A stretch of 63,969 bases of DNA, counting the filler, from Licmophora abbreviata (lineage: Eukaryota), in the NCBI GenBank assembly GCA_900291995.1. It is 12 parts of 12 records of this genome, joined end to end, with 100 filler letters (N's around TTAATTAATTAA, not from the genome) between each part and the next. Parts side by side here need not be neighbours in the genome. Positions count along the whole stretch, not along the records: positions 23,531 to 38,655 come from OLMU01002464.1; positions 38,756 to 40,245 come from OLMU01002465.1; positions 40,346 to 44,768 come from OLMU01002466.1; positions 44,869 to 49,448 come from OLMU01002468.1; 8 more parts are not named here. One strand, given 5' to 3'. Every line of letters starts with the position of its first letter. Position 1 is the first letter of the stretch. Positions 36,603-49,548 of the stretch are shown here, one piece after another. A program made the translations under genes and the position numbers. The notes under the pieces were generated by a model. The model was not told the origin of the DNA and made no database searches. It was given only the letters and a program-made list of their open reading frames with translations.

Positions 36603-37670
36603 TCATAAGGCTTCTTCTCTCGTCGTATCGCCCAATACTTGCTTCATTTGCTCCTTGGCCACTTCGCCAGCAATCGCCGCAGGATCCAAAAGCCACTTGG
36701 TCTCCTTTGTTTCCCTCAACGCCTGACTTGTCTTTCGACGCGCCTCTTGCTTACTAAGAAGATAATGCTGATTCTTTTTGGGATCCATTTTGATGAACCG
36801 CCCCCCGTACGATTCAATGAATGCAACGATCGAACGAGACAAGTCGGTCTTGGCCGTCTTTGCTTCAATGTTGCGATAGCGTAACTTCATGTCGCTGACC
36901 ATTTGTCGGTACCGCTTGTTGCCAGAATGATGATTGGAATCACCGCCACGTCCACACTTGACATCCCACATGCCTGGCTTGTCAATGTAGATTCGGTCCT
37001 TTTTGGATTTGGACGGGAACTCCGGCATGGGCTGTATCGATGGGCCGTTGTTGCTATCGTTGCTGTTGGGGGTTGTATCAGTCGTAGTGGAGCTACTGAG
37101 CAAGCCGGCAGCCGCCGCCATGGCGACCGACTGCTGTAGTAGTTGACTGTCGAGACCCACATTGGAGCCGGTAGACTGCGCGAGCTGCTGCAGCCAGTCC
37201 GGTTGTGTTGTCGCGGAGGAAGTGAGCAACTGAGTGTTAAGAGTCGCAGAAGCCGGTGTATTCGGAGAAGTGGTATTGGGATTCAAGGTCGTCGGTAGTG
37301 GTCCAGCGGAGGTACTGCGCAAGAGGGACGCCGCCGCGGCAAGACTGGGCACTCCCGAGTTGGCAAAAAAGGCAGCCTGTGACTGAAGCAACGGCGGTGC
37401 CACACCGCCGAACTCGTGGGCATAGGCAGGCATCCACGAGAGCGAAGACAGAGCGCCTGTACTAGAGCTAGTAGCGGTGGGAAGCATCATGGTGGCAGTC
37501 TGCGAGGTCGTGCCGACAGTTCCGGCCGACGTGTGGCGGTTAACGATTTGAGGAGGAGCTTGAAGTATCATGGTGGAGTGTTTGGGGGCGGAAGCTGATG
37601 AAGTTTGCTCCGAAATTATTGAAGTCTTTTCTTTTTTTTCTTCTACTTCTTCGTGGGATGCCGTTGGCAT
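36603..37670 (-). CDS. DUF6824-domain protein
   Basis: DVKCGRGG.SNHHSGNKRYR...GGRFIK...ARRKTSQALRE after an S/T/Q/A-rich region. Confidence 0.85.
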   Translation of the reverse strand: MPTASHEEVEEKKEKTSIISEQTSSASAPKHSTMILQAPPQIVNRHTSAGTVGTTSQTATMMLPTATSSSTGALSSLSWMPAYAHEFGGVAPPLLQSQAAFFANSGVPSLAAAASLLRSTSAGPLPTTLNPNTTSPNTPASATLNTQLLTSSATTQPDWLQQLAQSTGSNVGLDSQLLQQSVAMAAAAGLLSSSTTTDTTPNSNDSNNGPSIQPMPEFPSKSKKDRIYIDKPGMWDVKCGRGGDSNHHSGNKRYRQMVSDMKLRYRNIEAKTAKTDLSRSIVAFIESYGGRFIKMDPKKNQHYLLSKQEARRKTSQALRETKETKWLLDPAAIAGEVAKEQMKQVLGDTTREEAL

Positions 37671-38025
37671 TCTTGAAATTGTGATGTCGATAGAGTCGAG
37701 TTCAATGCTGCAATGCATCAATCGTTCTTCTTTGATCGTGCGATGAACTTCCGCGATGCCTTTTAACTTTGAATTATGGCAGTCGTGTGTTTTGGTGCGC
37801 GGTTCATCAACGACTGAGATACATACGAAAGTGTGGCGTGTCATTCGTTCTTCATGGGCTAGTCTTGATCTGTGAAGAGCACTTCTCCACGTGTCAGCAT
37901 TTCACAGATTCATAGAAATATCAATCAAGCGCATAACCTGCTCAACGCCAATTGCCAATTCACAATTCACAATTCGAAACGCATCTGTGGCCATTGGCGA
38001 CTGTCATTTGCGCTCCCTCCCAACC

Positions 38026-38655
38026 ATGACGACTGCTTCCACTTCGTCCGCCGCCGCCGCTGCTCCCACGCACTCCAGCACGACCAACTATCTGCTGGTA
38101 CTGTCGTATCTGACGATAGGGGGCCTGTGGGCTGGATCTCAGTTCGTCTTGGTTCCGTACGTGGCGCATCTTTTGTGCTTGGTCACTGCCATCTTGTACG
38201 TTGCTTGTCATGGTTCTCTCGTCTTGCGCGAAGAAGTCGTCGACGAAAGCACCGGCAAGATCACCAAAGCCGCAGCTGGAGCTGAAACTCTCAAGAAAGA
38301 AGACGCCATGACCTTTCCGTTCGTTGGAAGTGCCTCCTTGTTTGGACTCTACCTGGCATTCAAGTTTCTGGACCGCGAACTTGTCAATCTACTCATTGGA
38401 GTCTACTTTGGAGTCATCGGAGCACTGGCAATGACAGCCACAGTCGTTGTCATTCTGCCCAAGAAATTCCAACAAACGAAACATGTACACTACGAAAAGA
38501 CGCTTCCTGTGGTGGGCGAGTTCCTCGTTGACTTTACGCTGACGGAAGCCCTAGTCTTTGCGCTGTGCTGCGTCTTTTGCTACTTTTACCTTCTCTCCAG
38601 GCACTGGGCTATGAACAATGTGCTGGGTATATGCTTTTGCGTTCAAGGAATTGAG
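38026..38655 (+). CDS. SPP: Signal peptide peptidase (HM13/SPP), 5' part
   Basis: ETL.KEDAMTFPFVGSASLFGLYLAFK and HWAMNNVLG; truncated at contig end. Confidence 0.88.
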
Positions 38656-38755
38656 NNNNNNNNNNNNNNNNNNNNNNNNNNNNNNNNNNNNNNNNNNNNT
38701 TAATTAATTAANNNNNNNNNNNNNNNNNNNNNNNNNNNNNNNNNNNNNNNNNNNN
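38656..38755. other. Artificial contig spacer
   Basis: N44-TTAATTAATTAA-N44. Confidence 0.98.
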
Positions 38756-39476
38756 GGACACCTTTCCTACGGGCGAGAAGGTGATGATGCTGGAAAGCAC
38801 CGCACGCACAGGTAAGCGGAGCATTGCCAACCAGTCCCCGGTGTGTCAGGGTGGGCAATTCTGGTTCCCCATCCTTATTGACTTCAAGGCAAATCCAGGT
38901 GAGAAGTTCGTTTTCGAGCATGAGGAGGAGGAGTTTTTCTTCTTGGACGAAATGTGGGACGCCACGCGAGTGTCGATGAAACCGATCCTGGAGAAACTTG
39001 GAATCACTTCGTGGCGCGACGTTTGGCTCGACGGTGATCCCCAGCTGCTGCACGAGCTTGTCAATGATGCCACTAAGAAGTTCTTCGAGTACGAGGAGGA
39101 CTTGCGTGCGGAGGAGTGTGAAGACGAAGTCGAGGAAAAGATGGCCAGCGCCTTCCGTTGTTTCGTAGAAGAGCTCGAGGAGGAGGATGATCTGTACACG
39201 AGTCACCTTGAGGTTGCAGAAAACGGCAAGCACTTCAAGATCTATCCTGAAAATGAGTGTCTCGCGCCCTATTTGTCTAGAGACAATTTGTCGATTTCCA
39301 AGTGGTGCAAGGCCGAGGATGTCTTTCCCCCGTCTACGTCTTTCGCCAGTGAAACACCGCTTCCTACTTGGGGAAGTGCTTCGACATCTCCGCGCTGCGA
39401 CAGCACAGATCCGACCACCAGCAATGCGGCTCCAGCCGCAAGCCCTGCTCTTGACTTGTGGGGCAACGCCATGTAG
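38756..39476 (+). CDS. Acidic hypothetical protein, probably 5'-truncated
   Basis: Open frame with coding-like codon usage from near the contig start to TAG 39476; family not recognised. Confidence 0.6.
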
Positions 39477-39803
39477 ATCTAGCTGAAAGAGAGTTTGGAG
39501 CTTTCTTTTTAGTCAAAGTAGTGGTAGTAACGATGGAATAAAGTAGAGAAAGTAGCAATGCATGAAAAATCCTCTAGGAAATACGGCGTCCCTCGTCGTA
39601 TCTTTTGATCTGTAAAGAGGAAAAGGCTTTAGTCAAGTCGAGTCAGTCAGACATAAAAAGACAATTTTGTCCGCGTCCTCATGCCTTTTCTCGCTGATCA
39701 GGATATATCATACTGTATGAAAAGCTAGCTAGCATATTGATGTACGTCTGTGTAGCTCTGAAGTTCTCTGCAGTACTAGTAGACACTGTTTACTGTTTCT
39801 ATT

Positions 39804-40240
39804 TCTTTTGTTTGGTAGAGAAGGCAAGGGCTATCATAATAGCTATACATGCAGCCAGCAGCAGGAAAATACCAGGAACTGTAGCTCATCTAGAGCTCAA
39901 AGAAGCTAAATGTTCGTAGTCACCACACGACTCTCACATCACCGTACTAGTTTATCTGCTGGCGTGATCAAAGTCTGTTTATCTTATCAGGCTGTTTTTC
40001 AGCCAGATTACCAGGTAACGATGAATCGACCGACTTCTCGTCTCGTTCTACTCTGATGCTGATGGCTGAGGATGGTTAATGTGGTCAACAAACAAAGCGC
40101 GTTGTCTGCGTTGTGATGATCATCACCACTTCCGACGATGCGCTGTGTCGATGTGTCGATCAGAAAAATTCTGATGGACTTTGGATTTTGGAAATGAATC
40201 CAAAAATAGTCGAGTGAGTCGAGTCAGTCAAATTATTTTG
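39804..40240. repeat. Diverged duplicate of both flanks of the 40472-43526 gene, fused without the gene
   Basis: 39804-39956 matches 40346-40454 (27-nt exact core); 39956-40230 matches 43511-43731. Confidence 0.85.
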
Positions 40241-40245
40241 ATAAT

Positions 40246-40345
40246 NNNNNNNNNNNNNNNNNNNNNNNNNNNNNNNNNNNNNNNNNNNNTTAATTAATTA
40301 ANNNNNNNNNNNNNNNNNNNNNNNNNNNNNNNNNNNNNNNNNNNN
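40246..40345. other. Artificial contig spacer
   Basis: N44-TTAATTAATTAA-N44. Confidence 0.98.
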
Positions 40346-40471
40346 TCTTTTGTTTGGCAGCCAGCAGCAGGATAATACCAGATAGCTCAAGAGATAGAAG
40401 AAGCTACGTGCTCATAGTAATCACACAACTCTCACATCACCGTACTAGTTTATCCATTCCTACATCATGCG

Positions 40472-43400
40472 CTACGGATATTCGTCCGCATACTTTTCGA
40501 TCGTCTCCGCGGTCATCACAAAGACTTCAGCGGTACCTGCACGCATACCACTCTTAATTTGACGTCCGACAAGCGGCGGTCCGTTCGGAAACTCTGCTTC
40601 AACACTACAAATCATTCGACACGTGTCATTGCCAGTGTTGATAAAGATAAACTGTGTCCACGCCACGAAAGTGCTTCCGTACGGCACGTCGGGATTGCGA
40701 GTTCGCTTTTTGATGCAGAAGCAATAGTCATTATACACGGTAATAGTGTTGCGTTCGAAGGCCATGTTGGCCTTGACAAAGGCAGACTTGGGCATCAGAA
40801 ATTCGGTCTCCCGTTCGGCACCAATGAAATCTTCTTCTGAAATGTCGGCAGGGAGCGTCGGCAGTCCAATGTGCTCGTCATGCTTGGACCAGGGCTCAAA
40901 TTTGATGCTGCGCGACAAAGATGGGCGATCGAAAGCGAGGGTGTTAGTGCTTGAATGATTGAACCAAAAAATGGGAGAGCCGCGAGGCATATGGCTAGTA
41001 ACCACAAACGTACTCTTCGTTCTTTGCTTCTACTCGGAAAACGGCGTCCTGGACGAACATGGATTTGGAGCTGAGCATGGCCCACCGCAAGCGTTTGAAG
41101 CCAACAGGAAGATCGACTTCAAGTCCGACATACTCTAAGTTTTCGGGAGGCTCAAACCCTGGTGGTGGTGATGGTGCCGCCCCTTTGTCGTCCTTAATGG
41201 CAGGGCCGAGCATCGGACCGAGCACAAGACCCTTGGCCGCGCGTTCTGTCTCTTCGCGCTTCTTCTTGAGCTCTCTGCTGTCTTCACGCAATTCGCGGAG
41301 CGCCGATAGCATGAACGATGCCTGCCGCCGTGCTTCCATAATCCGAATCTCCATTTCCATGCCTTTTTCTTCAATGTACGAGAAGATGTCTGCGCGAACA
41401 TTGGAGAGCAAGTATGTGAGCATCATCAGGATCAATCTAGACGACAAGACAGGCACGAGTGCGCCGTACTTACCATCAATGACAGTAGTCACAATATAGC
41501 GTCGCACCATGGAGCGGAACACAACGTGGTACAGAATGAAGCACATGGGGATCGAAATCGTCCAATGGAAATAATACAGCCGCGATAGAACCGCAGCAAC
41601 GGCTTGCTCACCTGTAATGCAAGACAACTGCTTGCAATACAAGAAGAAAGCTTTCATTTTGCCGATGTCCTTGGACTCTTCTTCGTCTTCTGATTCGGCA
41701 ATATCTTGCTGCAAATGATCCTGTTGGTTCTTTCGGTCTTTCTCCCATCGTTGCCTTCGAAGCGTTTCTGAGCGATGCGTGAATTTCATCAACTTGATAA
41801 AGTCGATCTTCTCTATGTTGACACCGAGGACGAAATATGGACCCACGCGGTACTCAATCTCCGTCTCGATGCTCACTCCACGCTTCTTAAGCCGGGGACC
41901 GACGAGTCTAGGGCAAAAAAAAGGCGGTTAGCGACATATGGATAACTCTCAAACCCAAACGAAGGTTTGACGGACACTCCTCGGTACTATAACTCACCTA
42001 TACAGATCATTCGAAAGTTGGACAGCAATACGACGCGGCGTGAAGTCGCTCGCAAGTGCCAATCCCGCCAACTTGACGAGATTGCCATGTGCAATCTTTC
42101 GGATCCGCTCAAACCTCATTCTATCATTGTCAACCTGTATCGGGCCCCCACCCATGTCTTCCCAGCGCTCTTTAGCAAGTCGCTCGAGTTCGTTTCGGAC
42201 CACCAGAATGGATTGTTTTACCATCACGTTAACGTAGAGAGTATCGATGGTGTGCACAATATCCCCTCCACCAACACCGCCACCTTTGTTTTTCCGTGTG
42301 TACTGGTCAACCGCAACTCCACCCTGAGTATCGCCTTCCTTGACGAGCTGGTAAGCATCGATAAACTTGTTTTGAATCTTGGACAACGTCCCATCCCCTT
42401 CGCGTCGATAGTATTCACGACGCGTCTTCCGCGCCTCCGCTCGTTCCGCAAGACTGTCATACCACGCCTTGTCTCGGGACAAGAGCTCCAGTTGGCGCTC
42501 GGCTTGAACTTGTTGTGGTGTCAAGAGTAGCTTCGAAGCACGCTGGACGGCGTCGACCAACGCCTCGTCCGTCAGGACAATGTACTTGCGCAAGTGGTGT
42601 GGCATCAACAAATCTTCCTCCATGGATGGTGCCTGTATACCCAACTGAAGCAAGTCGGTATCAGAGCTAATGCGACGACGCGAGCGTCGCGTGGGATCCT
42701 TGACGAGCATGTTGCTGTGCTGACGCGTCTCTTCTCCCCGGGATGCCCCCAATGGTTGCAGCACGGCTTCGGTTACGTCAGCAAAATCCACACTCTTGCT
42801 GCGTTGTCGTGGCTCATCATGTATCTCTGTCTGTTTGGGCGATGAAGGTGCGTCGACGTCGACACCGACTCTTCTTAGCATTTGACGAATGCACTTGTCT
42901 TCGTGAACTTCGGCCGCCCGTTCCGAGGAGAAGACCTTGCCACAACAACCACACATCCACGCTTCCCCCTCAGCAGTACTACTACCGGCGCTCTTTTTGT
43001 TTCGAGCAGACGATCCTCCTCCAGATTTTCGCTGGATCTTGCTCGTCGATGACTTCTTCTTTGGCCTCAAAAGTCGTTTCACGACGGTCTTTTTCGGCTT
43101 GGTTGTCTGCGATCGCGATCCACTGAGCTTTGGTTCTTCCGGGGGTATCGATGGAGCCATCGTAGTGATATCTTCAGTGACGGTCGTGAGATCAAAATCA
43201 AGCGCCGACACGAACTCGTCGTCTCCTAGGACCACCACATCTTTGGACTCTGACAAGCCTCGAACAGATCCCCGCTGCACTGCCAATTCCGTCGAGTGCA
43301 CCGACTTTTCTTCCGACTCATCTGAGGCAGCTGAAGTTTGTGGAAGAGGAGGAGACGCGAGAGACGACGAAGCAAGCTCGTTGGCGTTTGCAGAAGTGGC

Positions 43401-43526
43401 AAGCTCAAGCGCTGCTTGCTGCGCCGCGGCTCGAGCTGACTCTTTCGTCGACGGACGGTACAGCGATGACTTGAGAGACTTGCGGCGGAGACGCTTATCG
43501 AGCTTGTACGCTGCTGGCTTGATCAT
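40472..43526 (-). CDS. Four-exon protein with zinc-finger-like motif, TM hairpin and C-terminal VASt/StART-like lipid-transfer domain
   Basis: WMCGCCGKVF.....A..HE..C; introns 41908-41997, 41390-41473 and 40908-41013; TRNPDVPYGSTF VASt-type motif. Confidence 0.8.
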
Positions 43527-44019
43527 GGTCTGTAAACTCTATGAGAGTGCTTCCCAACCAAATTATCGATAATTCGAGCGTCGTCTCGTCTCGTTGACAT
43601 GAAGTGATGCTGATGGTCAACAAACAAGACGTGTTGCGGTCGACAGAATTCTGATGGATTTTGGATTTTGGGCGCTACTCTCTCTTGTCACCCGGACGTG
43701 TATGGTAGAGTTGAGTCGAATCAGTCAGTCAATAGCGTCTGTGTCAGGAAGGAATCGGAATCTCACTTTCTGAAAGGCAGCTGTCGTGTGGGAATCGGTG
43801 ACACGAGGAAGGGTTCGCGTTGGATCTTTCGACACGCGAACTCAAACACAACTGCAACCACAATCAACTTGGTGAGTGTCTCAGCCGATCTGTCGCCCAT
43901 GGCGACTGCATCTTTGCTCCCCTGCCTTCGATCGACAGTCTGAGAAGTGCGAAGGGGTAGCGACAGTATCGTGGAGCTTCTGTTGTGCCAGTAAGCGTGT
44001 ATCGAACAATCGTTCATGA

Positions 44020-44768
<749 letters not shown>

Positions 44769-44868
44769 NNNNNNNNNNNNNNNNNNNNNNNNNNNNNNNN
44801 NNNNNNNNNNNNTTAATTAATTAANNNNNNNNNNNNNNNNNNNNNNNNNNNNNNNNNNNNNNNNNNNN
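44769..44868. other. Artificial contig spacer
   Basis: N44-TTAATTAATTAA-N44. Confidence 0.98.
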
Positions 44869-45342
44869 CGATCGTTATGGTAGTACGTAGTCGATTGTGC
44901 TTGCTCAATCGGCGCCCCCAACCCGATACGTTTTCCCCCACTGCATAGGGTTACGGGATGATACTTTTTTGCAGCGCGCGCGCGTCACAGGGAAAAGATA
45001 CGCTCTCGCACCAAGGATATTCAATATGCGAACTCATCGCGACGCTATCTCGTTCGCGTCGAATTGAATAAGTTGACACGCACTTTCATCCAAACTCGTC
45101 GTTGTGTAGAGCAGCATCATTTACGTGCACCACAGTGCGAGACAACAGCTTTCTCGACCCACGAGAGCAACGAAAGGTACGTGTTCGACCAAAGGTAGAG
45201 AACCGTGCGGTGGACGAGAGCGCGGCATCGGAGAGTACCTGTGCGCCGCAGAGAATCAAAAGTCAGTACCGTTTATCGCTAACGAATCTTTCTGTGGCTG
45301 GGTTTTTGCCATTCGTCTTTGTACTGACAGAAACGCTAGACA

Positions 45343-45894
45343 ATGACGGACGAACCTGCTGCCAAGAAAGCCAAGATCGATGACTGGGCTGGTCACACCC
45401 TCAACATTTCCCATGCTGTCATGAAAGAGGACGAAGGACGTCACTTTGCCGAAATGGCGGACGATCCGATTTCTACTCTCGAGGGCATTGGTCCCCACTC
45501 TTCTGCTGTACTTGACGCCTTGAAAATCACGACTATCCGAGACTTGGCTACCTACAAGTACTTTCTTCTTGCCCGCGCCATGGCGACTCTCGCCGAGACG
45601 GAAGAGGCTGGCAAGCGTCCCGAGGGAAGTGTCATGAACGTCGACAAGGGCGTCGACAAGGACTATGAGGCCAAGTCTCTCAAGGAAATTGTGGATGCTC
45701 CCATTCATGTCATCGAGGGACTCACCGAGAACTCGCAGGACCTTCTCAAGCAACTCGGCGTCAAGTCCATTGGTGACCTAGGCAGTCTCAAGTATTGCAG
45801 GTGGGCGGAAGCCATTTGCGAGCTAGGCAAATACGAACACACTAGTACTGCGGCCGAGCGTCATGCCGAGAGGGAGGCCAAGAAGTTGGAGTAA
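45343..45894 (+). CDS. Conserved hypothetical protein with two tandem HhH-like domains
   Basis: Internal duplication PISTLEGIG...ITTIRDLATYKY / PIHVIEGLT...VKSIGDLGSLKY; strong codon bias. Confidence 0.85.
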   Translation: MTDEPAAKKAKIDDWAGHTLNISHAVMKEDEGRHFAEMADDPISTLEGIGPHSSAVLDALKITTIRDLATYKYFLLARAMATLAETEEAGKRPEGSVMNVDKGVDKDYEAKSLKEIVDAPIHVIEGLTENSQDLLKQLGVKSIGDLGSLKYCRWAEAICELGKYEHTSTAAERHAEREAKKLE

Positions 45895-46416
45895 ATGTTG
45901 TTGGTTCTTTCTGTTTGTTGCCTTCAGGGACAAGTGAAGTGCGTCCATTAGGGAGAGTGCAATGGGAATGGTCAACCGGGGAATACCGCGTCATCGGGGG
46001 CCTTTAGAGTTAACGGAGCTAGTAGCCATGATACGTCAAGACGTGTGATCAAAATCTTATGCTCACGTGTCCTTTGTGCTCCATCAGCTAGTCTACTGGG
46101 TGTATTGTACCAGTACCTATAGGCTATGTGAGGCTGAGTTCACGTTCAATGATTGGTCGCTGGTCGCCCACATCAGTACTCCTTTGCATGCGCAACAGGT
46201 CGCGCTATCCCCTTGCCGATGTCGTGTTGCTTGGGGTCAGAATCCTAGTGCCAAAGAGAATATAGTAGCCCGAAGGAAGGGACGACAAAGGGCTAACCTC
46301 CCGAGAGAATTTACATAGCAAAGGCGGCGTCGAATGAAGATATGACGTCATACGTGTGGGTGCAGAAATCAGCGACAGCGCGACATAACAACCCCATCAG
46401 GCTGTGCGTTTCGACC

Positions 46417-47696
46417 ATGGCTCGTTCGTTTCATGGACGGCAGCCTTGTGCCGTCATTCTTGCTTGGGTCTTAATTCTCCATATACCCACACCAGCGTTT
46501 GGATGTAAATCGTCTTGTCGATATCCCAGAAGAAGAACTAGTGTGTTGGCGTTTGCCGGAGGCGGATTTGGAAGTGGCAGCAGCAAATCGGCCAAGTCTA
46601 ACAAATCGAAACGTCGAAGGCGGAGTGGATTAGCGACCGAAGTACCGGTGCAAGCCCCTCCGACAGAGGAAGCGCATGAGTCGAGCCCTCTGCAAAGTAG
46701 CACGGAGACACCGGTACTGGATAAATGGGGATTGCCGATACCGACAGAAGACGACCTATATCCCCCGCTTCCTGAGGGCACTTTGCTAGTTCCGATACGT
46801 CCGGATGAGTCCATCACGCTGATAGATATCGAATCAGCCTTGCGAGATCATATACCACTTGACCTAAGTCGCTTTGATGAAACTGGAGTAGAAAAGTTGC
46901 CCAGGGGTAGACCAGCCATGACGATCAATCTACTACATCGTGATCCACCAGGTGCGAACATGAAGCGTCACATGTCCCCAGGACTCGTCGTACTTTGGCT
47001 TCTATTGAATATTGGGTGCCTCGGATCCGTCACCTGACCGCTTTGGTTTGCTCTTTCTCTTCACTTATTGCAGTTCTTTCTATTGACAACTTTTTTTCTG
47101 ATGACGAGTGCGAGGACGCCAAGGGAGCTTCGTCGAGGGCCTTGGAGGTTGGCTCCAAGACATTCTCGCCACTCGCCACATCCAGACGTACTTCCACCAG
47201 TTGGTTTTGCTTTTACAAAGATATGGCGCCTCTACTTGCGAAAGCACATTTCATGTTGGGAATTCCCATTTCTCAAATGGAAGAACCGCAGGTCGTACGA
47301 TACCGGAAAGGTGAGGAGTTCACGTGGCACTACGACGAAGTACCCCCAACCCAGCTCGATAATGGAGGCCAACGTGTTGCAACGCTTTTGGTCTACTTGA
47401 ATTCTGTGGAAACTGGTGGAGGGACCATATTTCGCGAGTTGAAGGATGGAACTGGCAATATGCTCACCATGAAACCGAAAAAAGGATCGGCGCTGTTGTT
47501 CTTTCCAGCATTCTCTCGGGATGGCCATCCCGACGATCGAACGCTTCACAAGGGAGAACCTGCAGAAGACGAAAAGTGGATTACGCAAATGTGGATTCAC
47601 GAAAGGCCTTATAGCGCCGTCGTGCCTCCAGGAAATTCTCACGAGGCAGCACAGAGTGCGGTAGATGCCGTCAGTGCCAAGTTAGGGTACGCGTGA
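46417..47696 (+). CDS. Prolyl-4-hydroxylase-like 2OG-Fe(II) oxygenase
   Basis: EEPQVVRY, WHYD, GGQRVATLLVYLN, GGGTIF, RTLH, KW; intron 46952-47073; hydrophobic N-terminus. Confidence 0.88.
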
Positions 47697-47729
47697 CGAG
47701 AAGTGTTCAATATTATAAAGATAGCAGGT

Positions 47730-49196
47730 TCAGCCAGAGTCCTGCGAGTACCTTTGTCTGTATCCGGGAAAGAGTTCTTCCATTTCGTCGTCGTCAATAA
47801 GATTGTAAAAGTCTTGCAGGTTTTGACTGAGCTCTCGTAGGAACTCGTCGTCGCGAAAGTCAATTGGAACGTGAATTGTCACTGCGTTATTGGCTCCATA
47901 CCCAAAACGAAATCCAGTCTCTTGAAACTGTCGCTTTCGTTTGTAGAGCGAAGACGACGACGTGCTAAAGTCACGTTCGGCCGTCAACACAATAGTGAGC
48001 TGCTCCCACATGCGTCCCATATCTTCCAGCTCGAGTTCTTCAAAGTTGTCGTCCAATAACATGGAGAGCCGCCGTATCGTCACCATCTGATCGACGACAC
48101 TCAAGTTGGCATCCGCGTCGACTCGTACGCGGCTCACAATATCGCTAATGAACTGTTGACGTCGTACCGCATTACTTCCCACCAATCCCTCGGTAGCAAT
48201 GTCGGCGTGCATATCCCGCACGGCCTTGTCGTAAATTTGGCGGTAGCGTTTCCAGTTGACGCTTCGCACAAACCTGTCTCGCGACGACTCATAGCGTGTC
48301 TTGGGACGAAGCGGCGTGTCGAATCTCCGCGCACCGACAGGCCGAGGATGGCCCTGTTCCACGTCGTCCTCGTCATGTTCCGAGTCGGGTTCGCCCCAGC
48401 CAAACTCTTGCGCCCAAGCGTCCTCCAACCACTCTTCATCTCGTTCTTCTCCATCTTCGCCCAACGTACTCCATTTCGGTACCGGCAGTCCGGCAACCTT
48501 CAGTAGTCTGGCCAGCTCGTGCCGCACTAGGTCCTCCAATCGCCGAGCCGCCTGACGTTTCTCTTCTCCCACCGATTGCGCAATCCTCTGTCGCAACTCC
48601 AGCGGAGGCGTCTTGAGCTCCAATTGTCGTCTGGAATAGGTAACATGAATCTCTCTTTTGACTCTCTGTTCGAGTGGAATGATAAATTCAATTGACAATG
48701 ATCCACCTCTAGCACCGTCGTCGCCTGGCCACTCGACCATAAGTCGGCGGCCTCCACTCTGGAGCGTATGTTTCGGCATTAGACTTGCCTCGGCGGCACT
48801 GACGAAACCATTAATGTTCTTGAGAGCCTGTAGATTAACTTGCTTTGCTGTATCGGACGTCTGCACATCTGGATGACACTTTAGATAGAAGGGTTTCATC
48901 ATGCTCTTGAGGGAAGCGTTATCGCCGCTGGATGCTGCTGTTGGGGCTGAAGCAGTAGAGAGATATCGACGGCCCACAACGGCGAGCACGAACTCTGTTT
49001 GGAAACAACGCACTGACGATGGTCCTTCGCGAACAATTCTTCTCCTTTCTATCGCTGGTGCAAGGAGCGACGAGAGGAAGGGACGCTTATTCCCGGCTGC
49101 GACTGTCTGTCCCAATGAATGAGACAGTCCTCGCGCCGACACCCGCCTTCTCGTGCCGCTGCTGATGTGTACCAGCACCATGAACGAGCGATTCAT
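47730..49196 (-). CDS. Mitochondrial DUF4460/TCAIM-like protein with J-like HPD motif
   Basis: Arg-rich presequence (RRYLST); LKSMMKPFYLKCHPDV...VNLQALKNIN. Confidence 0.75.
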   Translation of the reverse strand: MNRSFMVLVHISSGTRRRVSARGLSHSLGQTVAAGNKRPFLSSLLAPAIERRRIVREGPSSVRCFQTEFVLAVVGRRYLSTASAPTAASSGDNASLKSMMKPFYLKCHPDVQTSDTAKQVNLQALKNINGFVSAAEASLMPKHTLQSGGRRLMVEWPGDDGARGGSLSIEFIIPLEQRVKREIHVTYSRRQLELKTPPLELRQRIAQSVGEEKRQAARRLEDLVRHELARLLKVAGLPVPKWSTLGEDGEERDEEWLEDAWAQEFGWGEPDSEHDEDDVEQGHPRPVGARRFDTPLRPKTRYESSRDRFVRSVNWKRYRQIYDKAVRDMHADIATEGLVGSNAVRRQQFISDIVSRVRVDADANLSVVDQMVTIRRLSMLLDDNFEELELEDMGRMWEQLTIVLTAERDFSTSSSSLYKRKRQFQETGFRFGYGANNAVTIHVPIDFRDDEFLRELSQNLQDFYNLIDDDEMEELFPGYRQRYSQDSG

Positions 49197-49448
49197 TTCA
49201 GCTCTCAAAACTAGGAAAGGAAATAAGCGAGACTAGGACAAACACTCAATGTGGGCGGGGCAAAGGGGTCGCGATCATCACGCAGCAGTCAGCATCTCAT
49301 GATGTTTGTGGATTCCTACTCGTACTTTGCTGTGCTCATCCTCATCCTCATCGGCGTCGTCTCGTCGTCGTCATCATCGCGTCGTCACGCGAGCCGCGCG
49401 ACAAGCAACGCTCGTTCCATGAAACCTCTCGACTTCGTTTCACCTAAA

Positions 49449-49548
49449 NNNNNNNNNNNNNNNNNNNNNNNNNNNNNNNNNNNNNNNNNNNNTTAATTAA
49501 TTAANNNNNNNNNNNNNNNNNNNNNNNNNNNNNNNNNNNNNNNNNNNN
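49449..49548. other. Artificial contig spacer
   Basis: N44-TTAATTAATTAA-N44. Confidence 0.98.
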
